Positions 26,725-44,432 of a stretch of DNA of 64,000 bases are shown one piece after another. Below the pieces are notes generated by a model. That model was not told the origin of the DNA. It searched no databases and saw nothing but the letters and a program-made list of their open reading frames with translations. Numbering within the stretch: the stretch's first letter is position 1; each line of letters opens with the position of its first letter. The translations under genes were made by a program, and so were the position numbers. This DNA comes from Chrysomallon squamiferum (taxonomy: Eukaryota > Animalia > Mollusca): positions 6,448,001-6,512,000 of the forward strand of contig CM022667.1 in the NCBI GenBank assembly GCA_012295275.1. The letters run 5' to 3'.

Positions 26725-27419
26725 TGTAACCTGAAAACAAACAGATAACAATTGTAAGTAAACACGAAGTAAATAATTAAACTAATAGTACTATCTGAAA
26801 TTTAAACAACTTTATACTTATATTCTATTACAGATCAAGATTTATTCAAATATTTTTAGTTCACCCAGTATCACACTTATAAAATACATGTTAGAAAACT
26901 ACTATCTCTTTACTGGGTTATCTTTTTTACCTTTAGTCCTGTTACGATAATGAAAACAGACATGATATTAGGTTTACCTAACTTTCAAGTACTCATTAAC
27001 CCCATAGTAATATCATAATAATCAAGATGCAGGTGTTTGTTCAAAGTCTTTATTTTATTTATTCTACTGTATTTTTGACACTACAGTCAATGTTCATTAA
27101 AATATAAACGAAGTGAAACGCTGCTGTCACACGGTAGAATCGATGACAACTGAACCTGCGACCAATGACACGTTAAACTTCTGAGTAACAGTTTACTGTC
27201 AGTCACTGTATAAACAAACTTTCTAAATATAGAACAGTGTCACACTGACCTACATAACTTGTTATCTCTGAACGCGTTTCTGCCTGTCATATTCAACAAG
27301 GAAACCCCCCCCAACAAAAAGTCTCCAGACAACTCTTAAAAATTTCAACTGTTTACAGAAGTAAAAACAATAATAAATCTATTAGTTGATAAAACACATT
27401 AAAAAAACAAGAGACTCAC

Positions 27420-27465
27420 AAACGTCTTTTGTCGGGTTCACAAAACAAGATCCAGGAAGTAAATT
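27420..27465 (-). promoter_or_regulatory. Putative non-coding first exon of gene B with ETS-type ACTTCCTG
   Basis: Minus strand aatttACTTCCTG 30-40 nt before a gtgagt donor; the same layout occurs at 43040-43095 for gene E. Confidence 0.4.
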
Positions 27466-27738
27466 AAACAACTAAGTCGTTCCCGTTCAGATGTTAATCT
27501 CGTTTCGTTTTTTTTCAACTCGATCTACTATTTCTGTTTTACTGTTGTCACTGTACACTTTTGTGTCACGATGCACAGCGCTGTAAATAATGATTACTTC
27601 TAAATAGTTGTAACCACTGAGGTGATAAGAAGATATCTACGAGTTACAGCAGACTACTATAAACACACAAACATCAACACAACAGAACTCGTCCTGTGCA
27701 GATCACACTCGAGTGTTCCGCATTTAAATTATTGCCAC

Positions 27739-27789
<51 letters not shown>

Positions 27790-27961
27790 CGTTAAAAACT
27801 GTGATGTCAGTTATATTAATAATGTACCAGGGTTTGTGAGTCTGCATAGAAACAACACAACAAAACGCAGTATATGCAAATTTTCTTTATTTGAAATTAC
27901 GTAATAAAGCCATTTTACTTGTATATTTCTGTATAAATCATTCATTATCTCTGGCTATCTG

Positions 27962-27996
<35 letters not shown>

Positions 27997-28145
27997 GAGA
28001 AAGACATACAGAATTCAGGTTATTTGTGTTGATGTTACTTAATCTGAAAATATTCTCAAATGTCAGACACTTCCATTGACATCATACTTTTTTAAATAAA
28101 TAAAAATGAAATACATTACAGAAACGAAAAGTCTGAATTGAACCC

Positions 28146-28653
28146 TCAGATTTTTGAGTTTTCATAGGCAGTGAGTACAGAGTATGGTGAGTTTTTTCTA
28201 GCTTCCATTGATGAGTAATTGTTTGTTGTATCTGTATTGCTCTCAGCATCTGAAAAATAATCCAAATCGTATAGCTGTACATACTACAGGTACAGTAGCA
28301 GTGGTAAAGTGTTAGTAACCCAGTAAGAAAGTAACAGAGGAAGTAATACAGTGAGTTCCCTTTGTATCTGATAAAATGTAAAATAATTACTTACACAGTT
28401 TTCTTTTTGTTGTTGTTGTTGTTGTTTCTTTAAATTACAACATTTCATCACTCAGCATCACAGAAACTCTTTAATCTGTTACACTTTGGATTTATATACT
28501 GACCTTGACTTTGTTGAAGATCATCATAGAGAGATGATTCCTGTACTCCAGTGTTAAACTGTCTGAAACAAACAAAACATTGAGAAGTAGAGAATTATTG
28601 GATCTGCGTGCATGCATCAGTATCTGTGTGTTTCTGTCTGTGTGTGTACTGTT

Positions 28654-28684
<31 letters not shown>

Positions 28685-31600
28685 TTTTCCTATTCACAGT
28701 ACCCTTATCACTATAAATGTCAAAGAAATATTTTGTTAAGAAATTCCTTACAAATTAAGCAAAATTATGTATATTTCAAAGCGGAAACAAAACCGACTTA
28801 TACATTGTGTTTCTAATTATTCTTTAAATTGTCTCAACTTACCTTGATGTGTACGTGTTTTCATTCTTAAACTTTTCTAAAATAAAAATAAATATTCACA
28901 TTGTTAGAAATAAAAACTATCTCTTACTGATGTCTTCTTTACATATATTATATATATATATATAATTTTCTTTCTTTGTTTTGATAAACAAAATTCAAAA
29001 TATTCAAAAGGTTCAGAACATCAAAACAATGAACGTTATTGTTTATTTGTTATTTTAATGTTTTCAAGACCTCGGTGTACTTGTAAAATTTACCTTTTCT
29101 CTTCCAGCAGAAAAAGAAATTGTTGCCAGTACTATTCCAATTCCATTCCAATTCCTGTTCCTAATAAATTATCTCTTTCTTGACTACATTCTGAAGATTA
29201 CAGAATTGAAAAAAATAACGTGTCATTTTCATCCAGCTGGTTTCCAATATTACGGTGTTATGTTTTTTGTTTTTTTAAAAATAAACTATATATTAAACAT
29301 TTCCAATCTTAACTGAGATTTTATAAGATAACTGACAAAGATAATTTATATACAAATAGTTATAAAACTGCAGTGTAGCTGCTCATATGCGATTTAAATT
29401 AATCACATTTTAAAAAGACCCTTTGTTACACGATTCACATACAAAACATCAATTCACATTTTCTCTTTCTACTAAAATCTTATGCACGGGCAAAACAGAT
29501 ATTAAATAGGGCGCAGCTAATTCAAAGCCATTTTTTATTTCTGTTTTTATATTGTAAACTCTATCTTTCTATCAGTCTATCTTCCTACCAAATTAAGAAG
29601 TTGGATACAGATTTGAATATACAATGATTATTATAGTCATTCACACTTTAACATTCTTTTAATGCATATACTTCGAGAGAATTGCAAAGAAATAAAAACT
29701 ACTTTTCTCCTTTTCAAAATATTTCAATCCAAATTTATTAGAAGTCATAACTCTGGTTATTTAGAACAAAAATTATCCATTGGACGTGTATGTGTGTCTG
29801 TGTGCATGTGTGTGTGTGTGTGTGTGTGTGTGCATGTGTGTGTATGTCCTTGTGCATGTGTGTGTATGTGTGCATGTGTGTGACTGCATGTGTGTATCTG
29901 TGTGTGTGTATGTCTGTGTGTGCGTGTGTGTGTATGTGTGTGTATGTATGTATGTGTGTATGTATGTGTGCGTGTGTGTCTGTATGTGTGTGTATGTATC
30001 TGTGTGTGTGTATCTGTGTGTGTGTATGTGTGTGTGTGCTGAGATAGACACAGATATACAACACTTGCTGCAAATCAAAATGTGTTGTTCTTTCGTAGAT
30101 GTTTTGAATCCAAATTTGTTAAAAGCTAAAACTCGAATCAGATATCTGGTGTTTGGTTGTAAACTAGAAATCTCTGCTGTGTGATTTGTGTGAAGACCTT
30201 TTTCACCAAACTGTTCAGTGAGATTTGTCCACTCAGATGTTGTGTCTGCTCGATACTGTACAAGAAATGTTTGTTGTGATCCTCCATTAAATTCTTCTGT
30301 CCAAGACACTGACACTGAATGTGGACCAGTCCTCCAAGTTCTCACGTCAGAGGGAACAGTTGGAGGACCTTCAAGTCTAGAATGTTACAAAATACTAAGG
30401 GATAGAAAGTAGTGAACTATCAACTAAGATTTTCAGATAAAGTTATATAATTATCGGAAAGTAAAATATTCATTTGAAACCAAAATTAAATGATAAAATA
30501 ATGTTTCAAGACGTAAACTTAAAATTTTGGGACGGTAACAGTAGTCTAATGTAGAACAAAAGTATGAATAGAATTACTAATTAATGAAAACTACCTACCT
30601 ATTTGTTTAAGTGAAAAGTCCGAAACAAGTTCGTGGTTTGGTTCTCCATTTGACACAACAATTTGATTCCAAAATCTTCTTGTTTAACATTTGTCAGTTA
30701 ATATTCACCTACAGCAGACATATTTGTACTGAGTACAGGTTGTGTAGATCCAACAGTTTTATTATTTACATCTGCCAGTTTGTATCAGGTAAATGTTGGA
30801 ACTGGATTGGCAATCACAGAAATGTGAAGAGTTACATTTCCACCTTTTACAGTTAAAAATGTGTCCTGAAATGAAACTCGATGATCAAGTCTTGGTGAAC
30901 CTGTAGAGAACAAACTTGTTAATAAGAAGAGAAGAAAAACAAAATTAAGTGAAATAATAATAATAATAGAAATAATTATCTTTAATGACATACATGTAAC
31001 ATTACGCTGCACACTTTGACTGACATCAGACTTGATGTTGTTTCCTGCTTCACAAGTGTAAAATCCTGTATCCAGACATCCAGCTTCATTCCAGCTGTAC
31101 TCCACTGACTTGGAGTTTTTCACTTCACGTAGAATGTGTGAGTTGTTTAACAGTTTGATGTGAGATGCTGGATTACTGTCAACTTCACATCTCGGAGACA
31201 CATTAGTTAGTTCATCAACTGTTATCTTTGTAGACTTTGAGTTTAAGGTGAAAGATGTTATTGAAGTCTGATCTGCAACAAGTAAAAACACTGCAAAGTA
31301 TTTTGTTAAACACATTTGAACATTAAGTAACAAATATTTTTGCACATTCAGTAGACTTAATAATTCATATTTGGTTGTTAATAAATCATTACATTTTTTC
31401 ATATGTAACATGATATGTTTAAAAACAATTTTAAAGTTCCCTTGAAAGCGTATGTATTTATTTTAAAAAGCAGAAAACAGTTTTACTTTTCACAGATTGT
31501 ATTTCTGTGTTAAAAACCAAATCAGTGCTTTGAAGCAGACTCTGAATTCCGGTGGCATTCTTGTTGTTTTAACTCTAAACACCAGTGTTGAATTTTAGCA

Positions 31601-34600
31601 GATACAGAAGTATGTCGATGTAACACAGTGAACCAAATTTGAACGAAAAACAATCAACTAATTGAAATTAACCATGTTTATAAAAACAAAATTGAAGTCC
31701 TTGAAGGAAAAGCATATACAGTTAATGAATTGATGAAGAATGTTCTAGAGACGATGTAGTTAGAAACAGAGTCTACAAGATAACAACTGAAATTCTCCTG
31801 TGTAATGTCAGACTGAAAGAAAAAATAAATGAATATCATGTGAACACAACGTGAAAATAATTATGTATGTATGTATGTATGTATGTATGTATGTATGTAT
31901 GTATGTATGTGTGTATGTATGCATGCATGCATAAATGGCTGTTTATACAGCCTGAAATGAAGCATGAGTCACTTTTAAATTATTTACATTTAACAGTGAT
32001 TAACATAGAACAAATTTAATTCATCGACTGTTATGTTTGCAAAATGAGTCTAAAGTCAAAGATATTACTAAAGCATGATCTGTAACAAATAAACAATTAC
32101 TGAAAATAAACATTCTGTTTGGTAGACAATTCTGGTAAAGCACGTTTTAGAAGTCTCCAACAGTTGAACTGATTTATTTTGAGGAAGAACTACTAAGATA
32201 ACAGGATGACGTCTGAATTCAAAAATTGTTATAAGTTCCTGTTTGGCATTTTTCTTTCTTCGTCTATTTTTCTTCTCTTTTTTTTTCTTTTTAATATAAC
32301 AAGTCTATATTTATTTATTCATTCATTTATTTATTTATTAAATTATCTATGTTTTAAAATAGGTAAACTGAACATTATTACCCTTGCATATCTCGGATAA
32401 TATAAGAACTCTAAAATCAGTAAGAATATTATAAATGTGTTTTGACAAAACTTTTAGAATTGAAACTTTTGAGTTTTTAATGTGTATAAAATACAGTATA
32501 TTTATTCAAGAACATCATTCATGTCATTATTTATTTCTATCTTTGTTAAACAAAAATTAAAGTGCAAATATAAATCCTGTTTCAAAATCAAATTCTGTAA
32601 GTTTACTTACATTGAACATCCAAGATAACAGTTTTGTTGTTTGACTTGTTTGTGTTTACATTGGTGACAATACACTCACACACTCCAGCCTCTGTCTGAG
32701 TATTTGTGTAAAAGAAAGTACAGCATCATTTATTTCCTTTGTCTGACACTTCCACTTGTAAGAGCAGACTTCATCACAGTCTGCCTCACACGAAACAGCC
32801 ACGTTTTGACCTTCTACTACCTGTACTGGTGAACTTCTGTTCAGTTTAACGTTTTCTGGACAAACTGAAAATGAAAATAAATCATTTGGTTTGCTTTTTT
32901 TTTATATGATGATAATAATAGTGCTAATAATAATAATAATACAAAATAATAATAATTGTACTTTCTCTCTACGGTAACTTAATAAATAAAATTAAAAAAC
33001 AAAAATAGTCTAAATTTTATAATACTTATTACTAATTCTTTCACACGCACACATGCACATACCAAAAATTTACCTTTAAATTATTAATAAAACGTGTTTA
33101 ATAGTTCTTTCATTCTTCATATTTTTACTCTTTGAAATAAATGATTAAAGTATGATAATTTGCAAGAAAAAATTTAAAATGTACAATTGTTCAAAAATGA
33201 CAATTTAGTTCAAATTACTTGTTTAAAATACTGAAACTAATCTTTGTTTTATACATATATACATACATACATACATACATACATACATACATACATACAT
33301 GCATACATACATATATCAACCAGTATTTCATAGATTTATTCTGCAGATTTTATCACATTGCTAATAGTAGCTAATAATACAAAGATAATTAACAATTTAG
33401 CACTGACAATAATAATTTAAAATAATTTGAAAACATAACAAATTAATTTAGATCAGTTATAAATAAATACATTTCTTAGATTATTTTTAAACAAAACTCA
33501 CAGTGTACTTTCAGAGTGAAAATTTTAGTGAGAGATTTGGCTGAGACTCTGTTAGTCACAGTACATGTGTACTTCTGTCCTGTCTGGTTTCTTCTCACAT
33601 TTGTAACTCTGAGCTCAGACCCTGACTCAGTCTGTTGATTGTTAAGAGACCAGGAAAACAAACATGGCGGCTTGCAGACAGCAACACAGTTTACATTCAA
33701 ATCATCTCCTTCGTCAACATTTCCTGGTAAACTGAACACAACACTGTCTGGCCCACCTGAAAAAAATAAATAATAACAAGAAATAAATAAGTAAAAACAA
33801 AATAAATATAAGTATGCACATTGAATAGTACACAACCTTGCCCATCCGAAACAATATTATAAATTGTATAATTTACTTGTCACTCCGTGTGATCTAAGCA
33901 ATTAAAGTAAAGTCAACAAAATATTGTAAAGTCAGAACAGAATTTTATGTGGAATATTTATATATATAAAAAAAGATATACAAAATGAGATAAATAACAA
34001 TAATAATAATAATAATAATAAGAAGAAGAAGAAGAAGAAGAAGAAGAAATAGATGGTATATAAAATATTCTATCTCTGCCAATCTTTATTACAAACCTAA
34101 TGAATCTGTTTATACATTTAATATTTTATAATTCTTAATCCATAATCTATTTTATTGTAACATCACTGAAAGTTACATACAGCAGGTTTCTCAAATTGTA
34201 AAGCCAAGGTGTTCTTTCATTGGTTCCATGTTCTGTTTCAGAGAAATACACTATTCATATTTGGAGTTTTGAGATTCATCATTAGAACAAATGGAAATTC
34301 AAGTTTCCATTTTTTTGTAATGAATTTTTCCAACCATTTAGGTTAAACAAGATTTTAGCCCAGTCTATATGATTATAAAAGGTTAGAGAAAACCAGAAAT
34401 ATATACACATCAAGACATGTATACAGTTTAAATGTAACAAAAGTATCAAAGAATAATATTTTATAATTTTCATAGGTGACAACCAATGAAGACTGAATTT
34501 TACGAAGTTTTCTAATTTTTAAATTGTTTTGTTTTTTAACAGTTTCGGTAAACTTACCTGAGTAAGCAACACTGTTCAACAAGAAAACCATTAAAATCAG

Positions 34601-34633
34601 TTGCTTGTCAACAGTCATAAACATCGCAGACAT
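28146..34633 (-). pseudogene. Gene C: V-less ITAM-type paralogue, pseudogene
   Basis: Exons 34633-34558, 33756-33502, 32864-32611 (254 nt, frameshift), 31272-30994, 30900-30599 (TGG>TGA at 30785-87 and 4-nt deletion), 30368-30069 (GC donor), 29190-29094 (frameshift and deletion in TM), 28876-28843, 28562-28504, 28249-28146. Confidence 0.85.
29787..30038 (+). repeat. Degenerate (TG)n/(TATG)n tract
   Basis: Direct observation; it produces the spurious His/Thr- and Cys/Val-rich ORFs. Confidence 0.95.
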
Positions 34634-35051
34634 AATTAATTAATTATAAATAACGTGAATACTTTAAATAAAAAATCCCGTTCTGAGAAGAAACGACGCT
34701 TTCACTTGCTGTAAACTTCCTCGTTTGTTTCTGTCAACAATGCGTACTTTTATCCTGATTTAATTAATGCAGTAAGATCCCATTTTAGATTTAAATTAAA
34801 GTTACAGTATTATAGTGACTAAATATCATACAAATCCTTGTTTTGATGTTTTATTAAATTACTGGCGATCATTTGATAGCACAGACTACCTCACCGCGAA
34901 CTTCCACTAAGTTTACAGTACTGAATAAGAAACTGGAAACGAGGCTAGATATTATCTCGACAGCGGGTAGGTACAGAGAGTTATGGCCCGAGATGAGGCT
35001 AAACATGTTCAAGTGATCCTAAAATTAATATATATATATATAAATGTTTAT

Positions 35052-35083
<32 letters not shown>

Positions 35084-35871
35084 TTCTATTTTATTTTGTT
35101 TTGCTAAACCTAATTTAATATTTTATAAAATTAGAAATATAATTTCATTTCTTGGGAAAAAAACTGCACTTATTTATTTTGTTTTAATTATATTCCTTTT
35201 TCCAACTGTATCTTTGCTAGTAATACAACCCAGGTCACAGAATGGTGTTAGAAAGTATTTTTAGCCGTACCACGTATGTACAATTTGATTGACTACAAAG
35301 ATAACTTTAAAACAGTTTCATTAATTAAAAACGAACGTTTCAGAAAACCCTTATTAATATGAGACAATCTGTGATTTTTTTTTCCCTATTCTTAAACGTA
35401 AACACTTTATTATTTCTTGTATAACAGGCCAGTCTTTGTCCTGGAAGGGTTTCTAAACAGTTTAGTAACCATAACGTCACTGTGATACATCTAGAACATA
35501 TTGAGTCAAAACTGAAGAAAAGACTTAAAACCGACACACAAATAAAGTTTAACTATTTGCTGATGGTAAATAATTTGATTTACAAATAGGATTATTCTAC
35601 ACAGCAAATATATTTTCTTAGGAAGAAGACTGTTTTTTTTCCCCCCGACAACTATTTGAGTATCATTCGCTGATTTTGTGAAGATGTAGACACTGCTACG
35701 ATAGAAATTAACATACCTACATGTCTTTAATCTCTTTTCACAGATAATCAACTAAAACCGCACAGTATGGGGTTTTACAGTTCATATCTTGATATATATT
35801 AGGTATGAACTGTTAAGTAAATTTAAAATATCACATTTACTTCTTTAGTTACAATTTAAGTAGCACCGATC

Positions 35872-36057
35872 ATTATTATTATTATTATTATTATTATTGT
35901 TATTGTTATTATTATTGTTATTGTTATTATTATTGTTACTGTTATTGTTATTATTGTTATTAGTATTATTATTATTGTTATTATTATTAGTATTATTATT
36001 GTGATTATTATTATTATTGTTATTGTTATTGTTATGGTTATTGTTATTGTTATTATT
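35872..36057 (+). repeat. (TTA/TTG)n microsatellite abutting the retrotransposon fragment
   Basis: Direct observation. Confidence 0.9.
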
Positions 36058-36059
36058 TG

Positions 36060-36380
36060 TTTACATTTTCATTATTAGTCCAGTGTTTAGCGTTGCACGG
36101 ATTCTGGTTTTCTGTTCCTAGAAGAGTAATCTTCTCTTGTTTTGCTATGAAGATGTTACTCTGGATCTTCCAGATCCTTCTTTGTAACTGGGCTCTTGTT
36201 CTTCTCATCTCCCACATCTTGCTGATCTCTATTTCAAGTCTTTTGTACATTGGACAGCTTCTCCATTTCTTTGACTGACACATTTCTCTCTGAAGGTACT
36301 GTCCTGTCTATGAGCAGGCAGGTCTGTTTCTTCTTGTTCTTCACAAAGGAATTACATGTAGGCCTAATTACTTAATGTTC
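36060..36380 (-). mobile_element. Decayed 3' fragment of an R4/Dong-type non-LTR retrotransposon
   Basis: Frameshifted reading LVKNKKKQTCLLIDRTVPSERNVSVKEMEKLS..LEIEISKMWEMR..EKITLLGT resembles the PD-(D/E)xK endonuclease tail of R4/Dong elements, which target (TAA)n; it ends in a (TAA)n tract. Confidence 0.7.
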
Positions 36381-36859
36381 CGACTCCCCCAGAAAGCAAC
36401 CAAACAAGCGAAAACAAAATCCTGTAATCATCATTTTATTTAAATTTTTCTTCAGATTGCTATTATGGATCCTTTGCACTTTTTTGTGGGGATTTTTGTT
36501 TTTTTTCTTTTTGGTGTGGGCGGGGAACTAAATTTTCAATGCATATCAGCTCCATGATAAAGAACAGTTCTGCAGGCATCTCTATAATTATTAAATATAT
36601 TCAAATTTGTTTTCAAGAACACTGATTCAATCATTGATGGAGTACACGAAGAATATTCATTTTCTTATTTATTTATTTATTTATTTATTTATTTTTCACA
36701 CGTTGTTTCGCTCTTCAAACAAAAGAAAGAAAGGTAATAATTAAAGACAACACCAGAACATTTCAAATGACGATCTGGTTTGAGAGCAAAAATCCATTAA
36801 CTGTACTGCTATGAGATTACTGATTATATAGTGATTATATTATTAGTGATGACAGTATC

Positions 36860-37705
36860 AGGTCCCCCATAACAGTATCTATGACAAGTTCAAATTTTTA
36901 GGAGGTATCATAATCAATTGCAGTATCAAATGTGCCATTTTTGTTCCAGTAGGCAACCACTACATACACTGGTTTGTACGAACCTTTTCTGTACCCTTTC
37001 TACCTTCCCAGAGTACGTCACGTTAATCTGAGATGTAGCGTCAAACCACAGATGACACAAGTCTCTGCTCAAAACTGTCTCAGACATAATATCTGCCAGG
37101 TCTGACAGGACTTTTTCTTCCAGTTCAGGAAACGCTGACATAATGTTCTTAGTTTTCAGAGATTTCAGTGTTATTTCAACTTCCATCTCTTTTTTATTTA
37201 TTTATTTATGTTTTTTCTTCTTCTTTTCTCTGCCCACAATGTCTTGCCGGTTTTGTCAGCTGGGATGTAGGATCCTTTTCAAAGTATCTACTGTACTGTC
37301 TAAAAAAGCTGCTATCGCAATAAGTCAGTACAAAAGCATGTCTCTGACCAGATCGTACTTGGAATATGCAGAAGTGACAGCATTGTAACAGATCGTAAAT
37401 TACATTATTAAAGGAATCTCAATCTCTCTCAGCAGATACCTTAGAGCTTTGGCAGCATTAGCAAGTGCATTAAACTCATTCTTTACTTCTCTGATGGCTT
37501 CAACATAACTGACTGGTCCTTCTGCTGAAATAGAAAACATTTTCCTCCACGGGCCTGTGAACAGTTTTCCAGTCAATCCGACAACACCTATGTCTCTGTC
37601 AGCGTAACTAACCATCGGCGCATTTACGTAGTTAGGACGTAATGAAAATTACGTAATCATAACAAAGTCATAACGTAATAATTACGTAAATCTAACGTAA
37701 TATTA
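36860..37705 (-). mobile_element. Probable decayed DNA-transposon ORF remnant with clustered TACGTA motifs at one end
   Basis: Broken ORFs 37400-37615 (GLTGKLFTGPW) and 36926-37186 with higher GC and no splice structure; repeated ttacgta at 37623-37700. Family not identified. Confidence 0.4.
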
Positions 37706-38478
37706 TTCGAATTAATCTTAAACTAAGAAGAACAATATTAGATACAATTATATTAGTCCAAGCTTTATATAGAAAATGGGCGAACAACATCAACTCTATA
37801 AGCATAGTTCCTAATAACATATGAATGGAAATACTTTAAAATATCAAACTTACTAACAAAATAGAACAAAAATGTAAACCGCTCTTAAAACAAGTCAAAA
37901 GAAAACAAAAATAAATATTGGTTACTGAAACAGTTTTGACAAACACATTTCCTACGTTACCGTTCCAGCAGACAACACAACAACACACATTTTTAAGATA
38001 GAAATATTATATTTATTCACTTGCTAGTATTCATTCAGTATAAAGCTTAACAACAATCATAACTAATATATCAAAACCAAATAAGGTAGTAAATAAAGTA
38101 AATAAACATATTAAACATCACATTTCTAATAAACGGAGCTGTATCTGAAAGAGAAACTCTAAAACAAGCCAGAAAGTGAAACATGCGTGAAGCAAGACCA
38201 GTAGCAGATCTCAGGAGCAAGTTTCTTGAGAAGAACAGTTTACATAAAGAACGATATATATATATATAAGTACAAGAAGAAAAGAAATGATTATAACTTA
38301 TCTTCGATAGAGAGAGAGAGAGAGAGCAAATTCTGAGAACCTCTTCGACACATAAAGTTATTTCAAAACATAAAAGAATAAATTTGTTCATCTAATTAAT
38401 TAATTTGTTAAATATTATTTAAAACGAATCACAGAAACAAGCAACAGTAAATTTGTTAAGAACATTCCAGTAGTGATC

Positions 38479-42703
<4,225 letters not shown>

Positions 42704-43039
42704 TTTCCTTTTTGTACAAATGAGTCCAATTTGTACGAGACCTTTCAAGCCAACTGGTTTAGGTGGCACTGAGAGGGAAAATGTAAAGGCAAACAAAGAA
42801 GAAAGAAAAAATAACAACAACGATATTCTGTCAAAACCTGATACATTTTTCATCAGCAATTTATTATTTATTATTATAATGTATGGCATAAACTCTATTT
42901 CAAAAACATTTCTTTATTTTCACGTTATTGCTTTACAGTCTCACAAACCGGTTTTAACAACTTTTAATAATCTCAATCAAGTTTGCTGTTATTTACGAAC
43001 CAAAACCTAATTCAGTTGTAATGATGGCTGCTTATTGAT

Positions 43040-43089
43040 AATTTACTTCCTGCACCGTGTCGTGATTCCAGAATAACGACTCTACATCG
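43040..43089 (+). promoter_or_regulatory. Putative non-coding first exon of gene E with ETS-type ACTTCCTG, ~340 nt from the gene D ATG
   Basis: acttcctg at 43045-52, donor cg|gtgagt at 43090; the E leader exon has its own acceptor, implying an upstream exon. Confidence 0.45.
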
Positions 43090-44332
43090 GTGAGTGCTTT
43101 TTCATTTTTGAATTCATTATTTCTGTGTAATGTTTCAGTAAAAATGTCAAACGATACAAAAAAAATTCTGTTCATATCTAACATCGTTTGCTACTTTAAG
43201 TACATATTTTATTATTTATTATAATTATGCATTTGAGAAAGAATACAGCCGTTTTTCTCTCAAGTATTTTTTCTCTTAAAAAGGGACACTGAAAAGTGAA
43301 ACAGCTTTTGTTGTGAAAATTTAAGAAAGAAAGATTATTTATTTCAATTATTTCCATTATTTATCATTCTTTTGTTAGCGTATTCCTTCAGTAACATTAA
43401 AAAATATTAACATTAAAAAATTACTTTTAATCTTTATTCTTATTTTTTTCTGCTGATTTAATATAAAGAAATTAAAAGAATTGAAAATCTAAACCAAACA
43501 AATAACTGCTAATAAATGATAACATTAATACAACTTTCCAGTGCAATACAATGCATGTTACGATGTCAGTGGCTGCAGTCAGGTGTCTTGATGGACCCTT
43601 TATCATCAGTTGCATACTTAGAATCACTCACACTTATGCTCCAAACTCCTTCTGGTTCTGAATGCAAAGGGACTCGAAAACTTCAGTGTTTTCCCTCATA
43701 GTATTCATACACCTAGGTAAAAACATAATCATCATACTGGAGTATTTCATACCTTTCAATTAGACCAAACAAGCTTCCTTGAATTTGTCATCATCTGAAC
43801 ATTTTCCTCTTTCAGCATCAGTACCAAATTTGCTAGACCTTTTTTATTAGAAGCAATTTTTCAAAGTGTTATTCTTGCCTTTCTGTACTATATTTATGGA
43901 ATTCATTGAAAAACCCCAAATAATTAATTATTTGTTATGATTATCTTGTCACGATATAGGGTGAACAGACTGAGCTCCAGGATGTAGTAGTTTTGTTATC
44001 TTTTTTCTTTTATCAGAACATCGTAATGGAGATTTGTATTCACAATAAATTACAAAAATAATGATACTGCATGTTGTCATTAGTTCTTCTTACCTTTTAA
44101 CAATTGCTGGCAATGAATGACAGATGTTTCATTTGCTAGAAATTGTCAAGAAATTACATTGAAAAGTTAGACAATGTGTAGAATGGCCAACTGTAGATGC
44201 TGACTGTAAAATATATATACATACTTACATCATCCTTTTGAGTTTGCCACAATAATAATTTATCAGTAAATCATTGTAACATAAAATACATTAATACTGA
44301 TCCACACATTTTGAACTAGATTGTCCTGTTGT

Positions 44333-44372
<40 letters not shown>

Positions 44373-44432
44373 TAAAATGATCTGAATGAAATCATTAATA
44401 TTTAATATCAATATGAATATTTCTAGACTAAC

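Noticed and set aside
29662-30184. His/Thr- and Cys/Val-rich ORFs extending the FN3 exon of C
   Set aside because: Read-through into a TG tract past the GC donor at 30068.
43500-43900. ORF 43516-43701 as a candidate gene E leader
   Set aside because: A better leader with acceptor, VKG end and phase-1 donor exists at 44433-44499; this stretch looks like a repeat relic.
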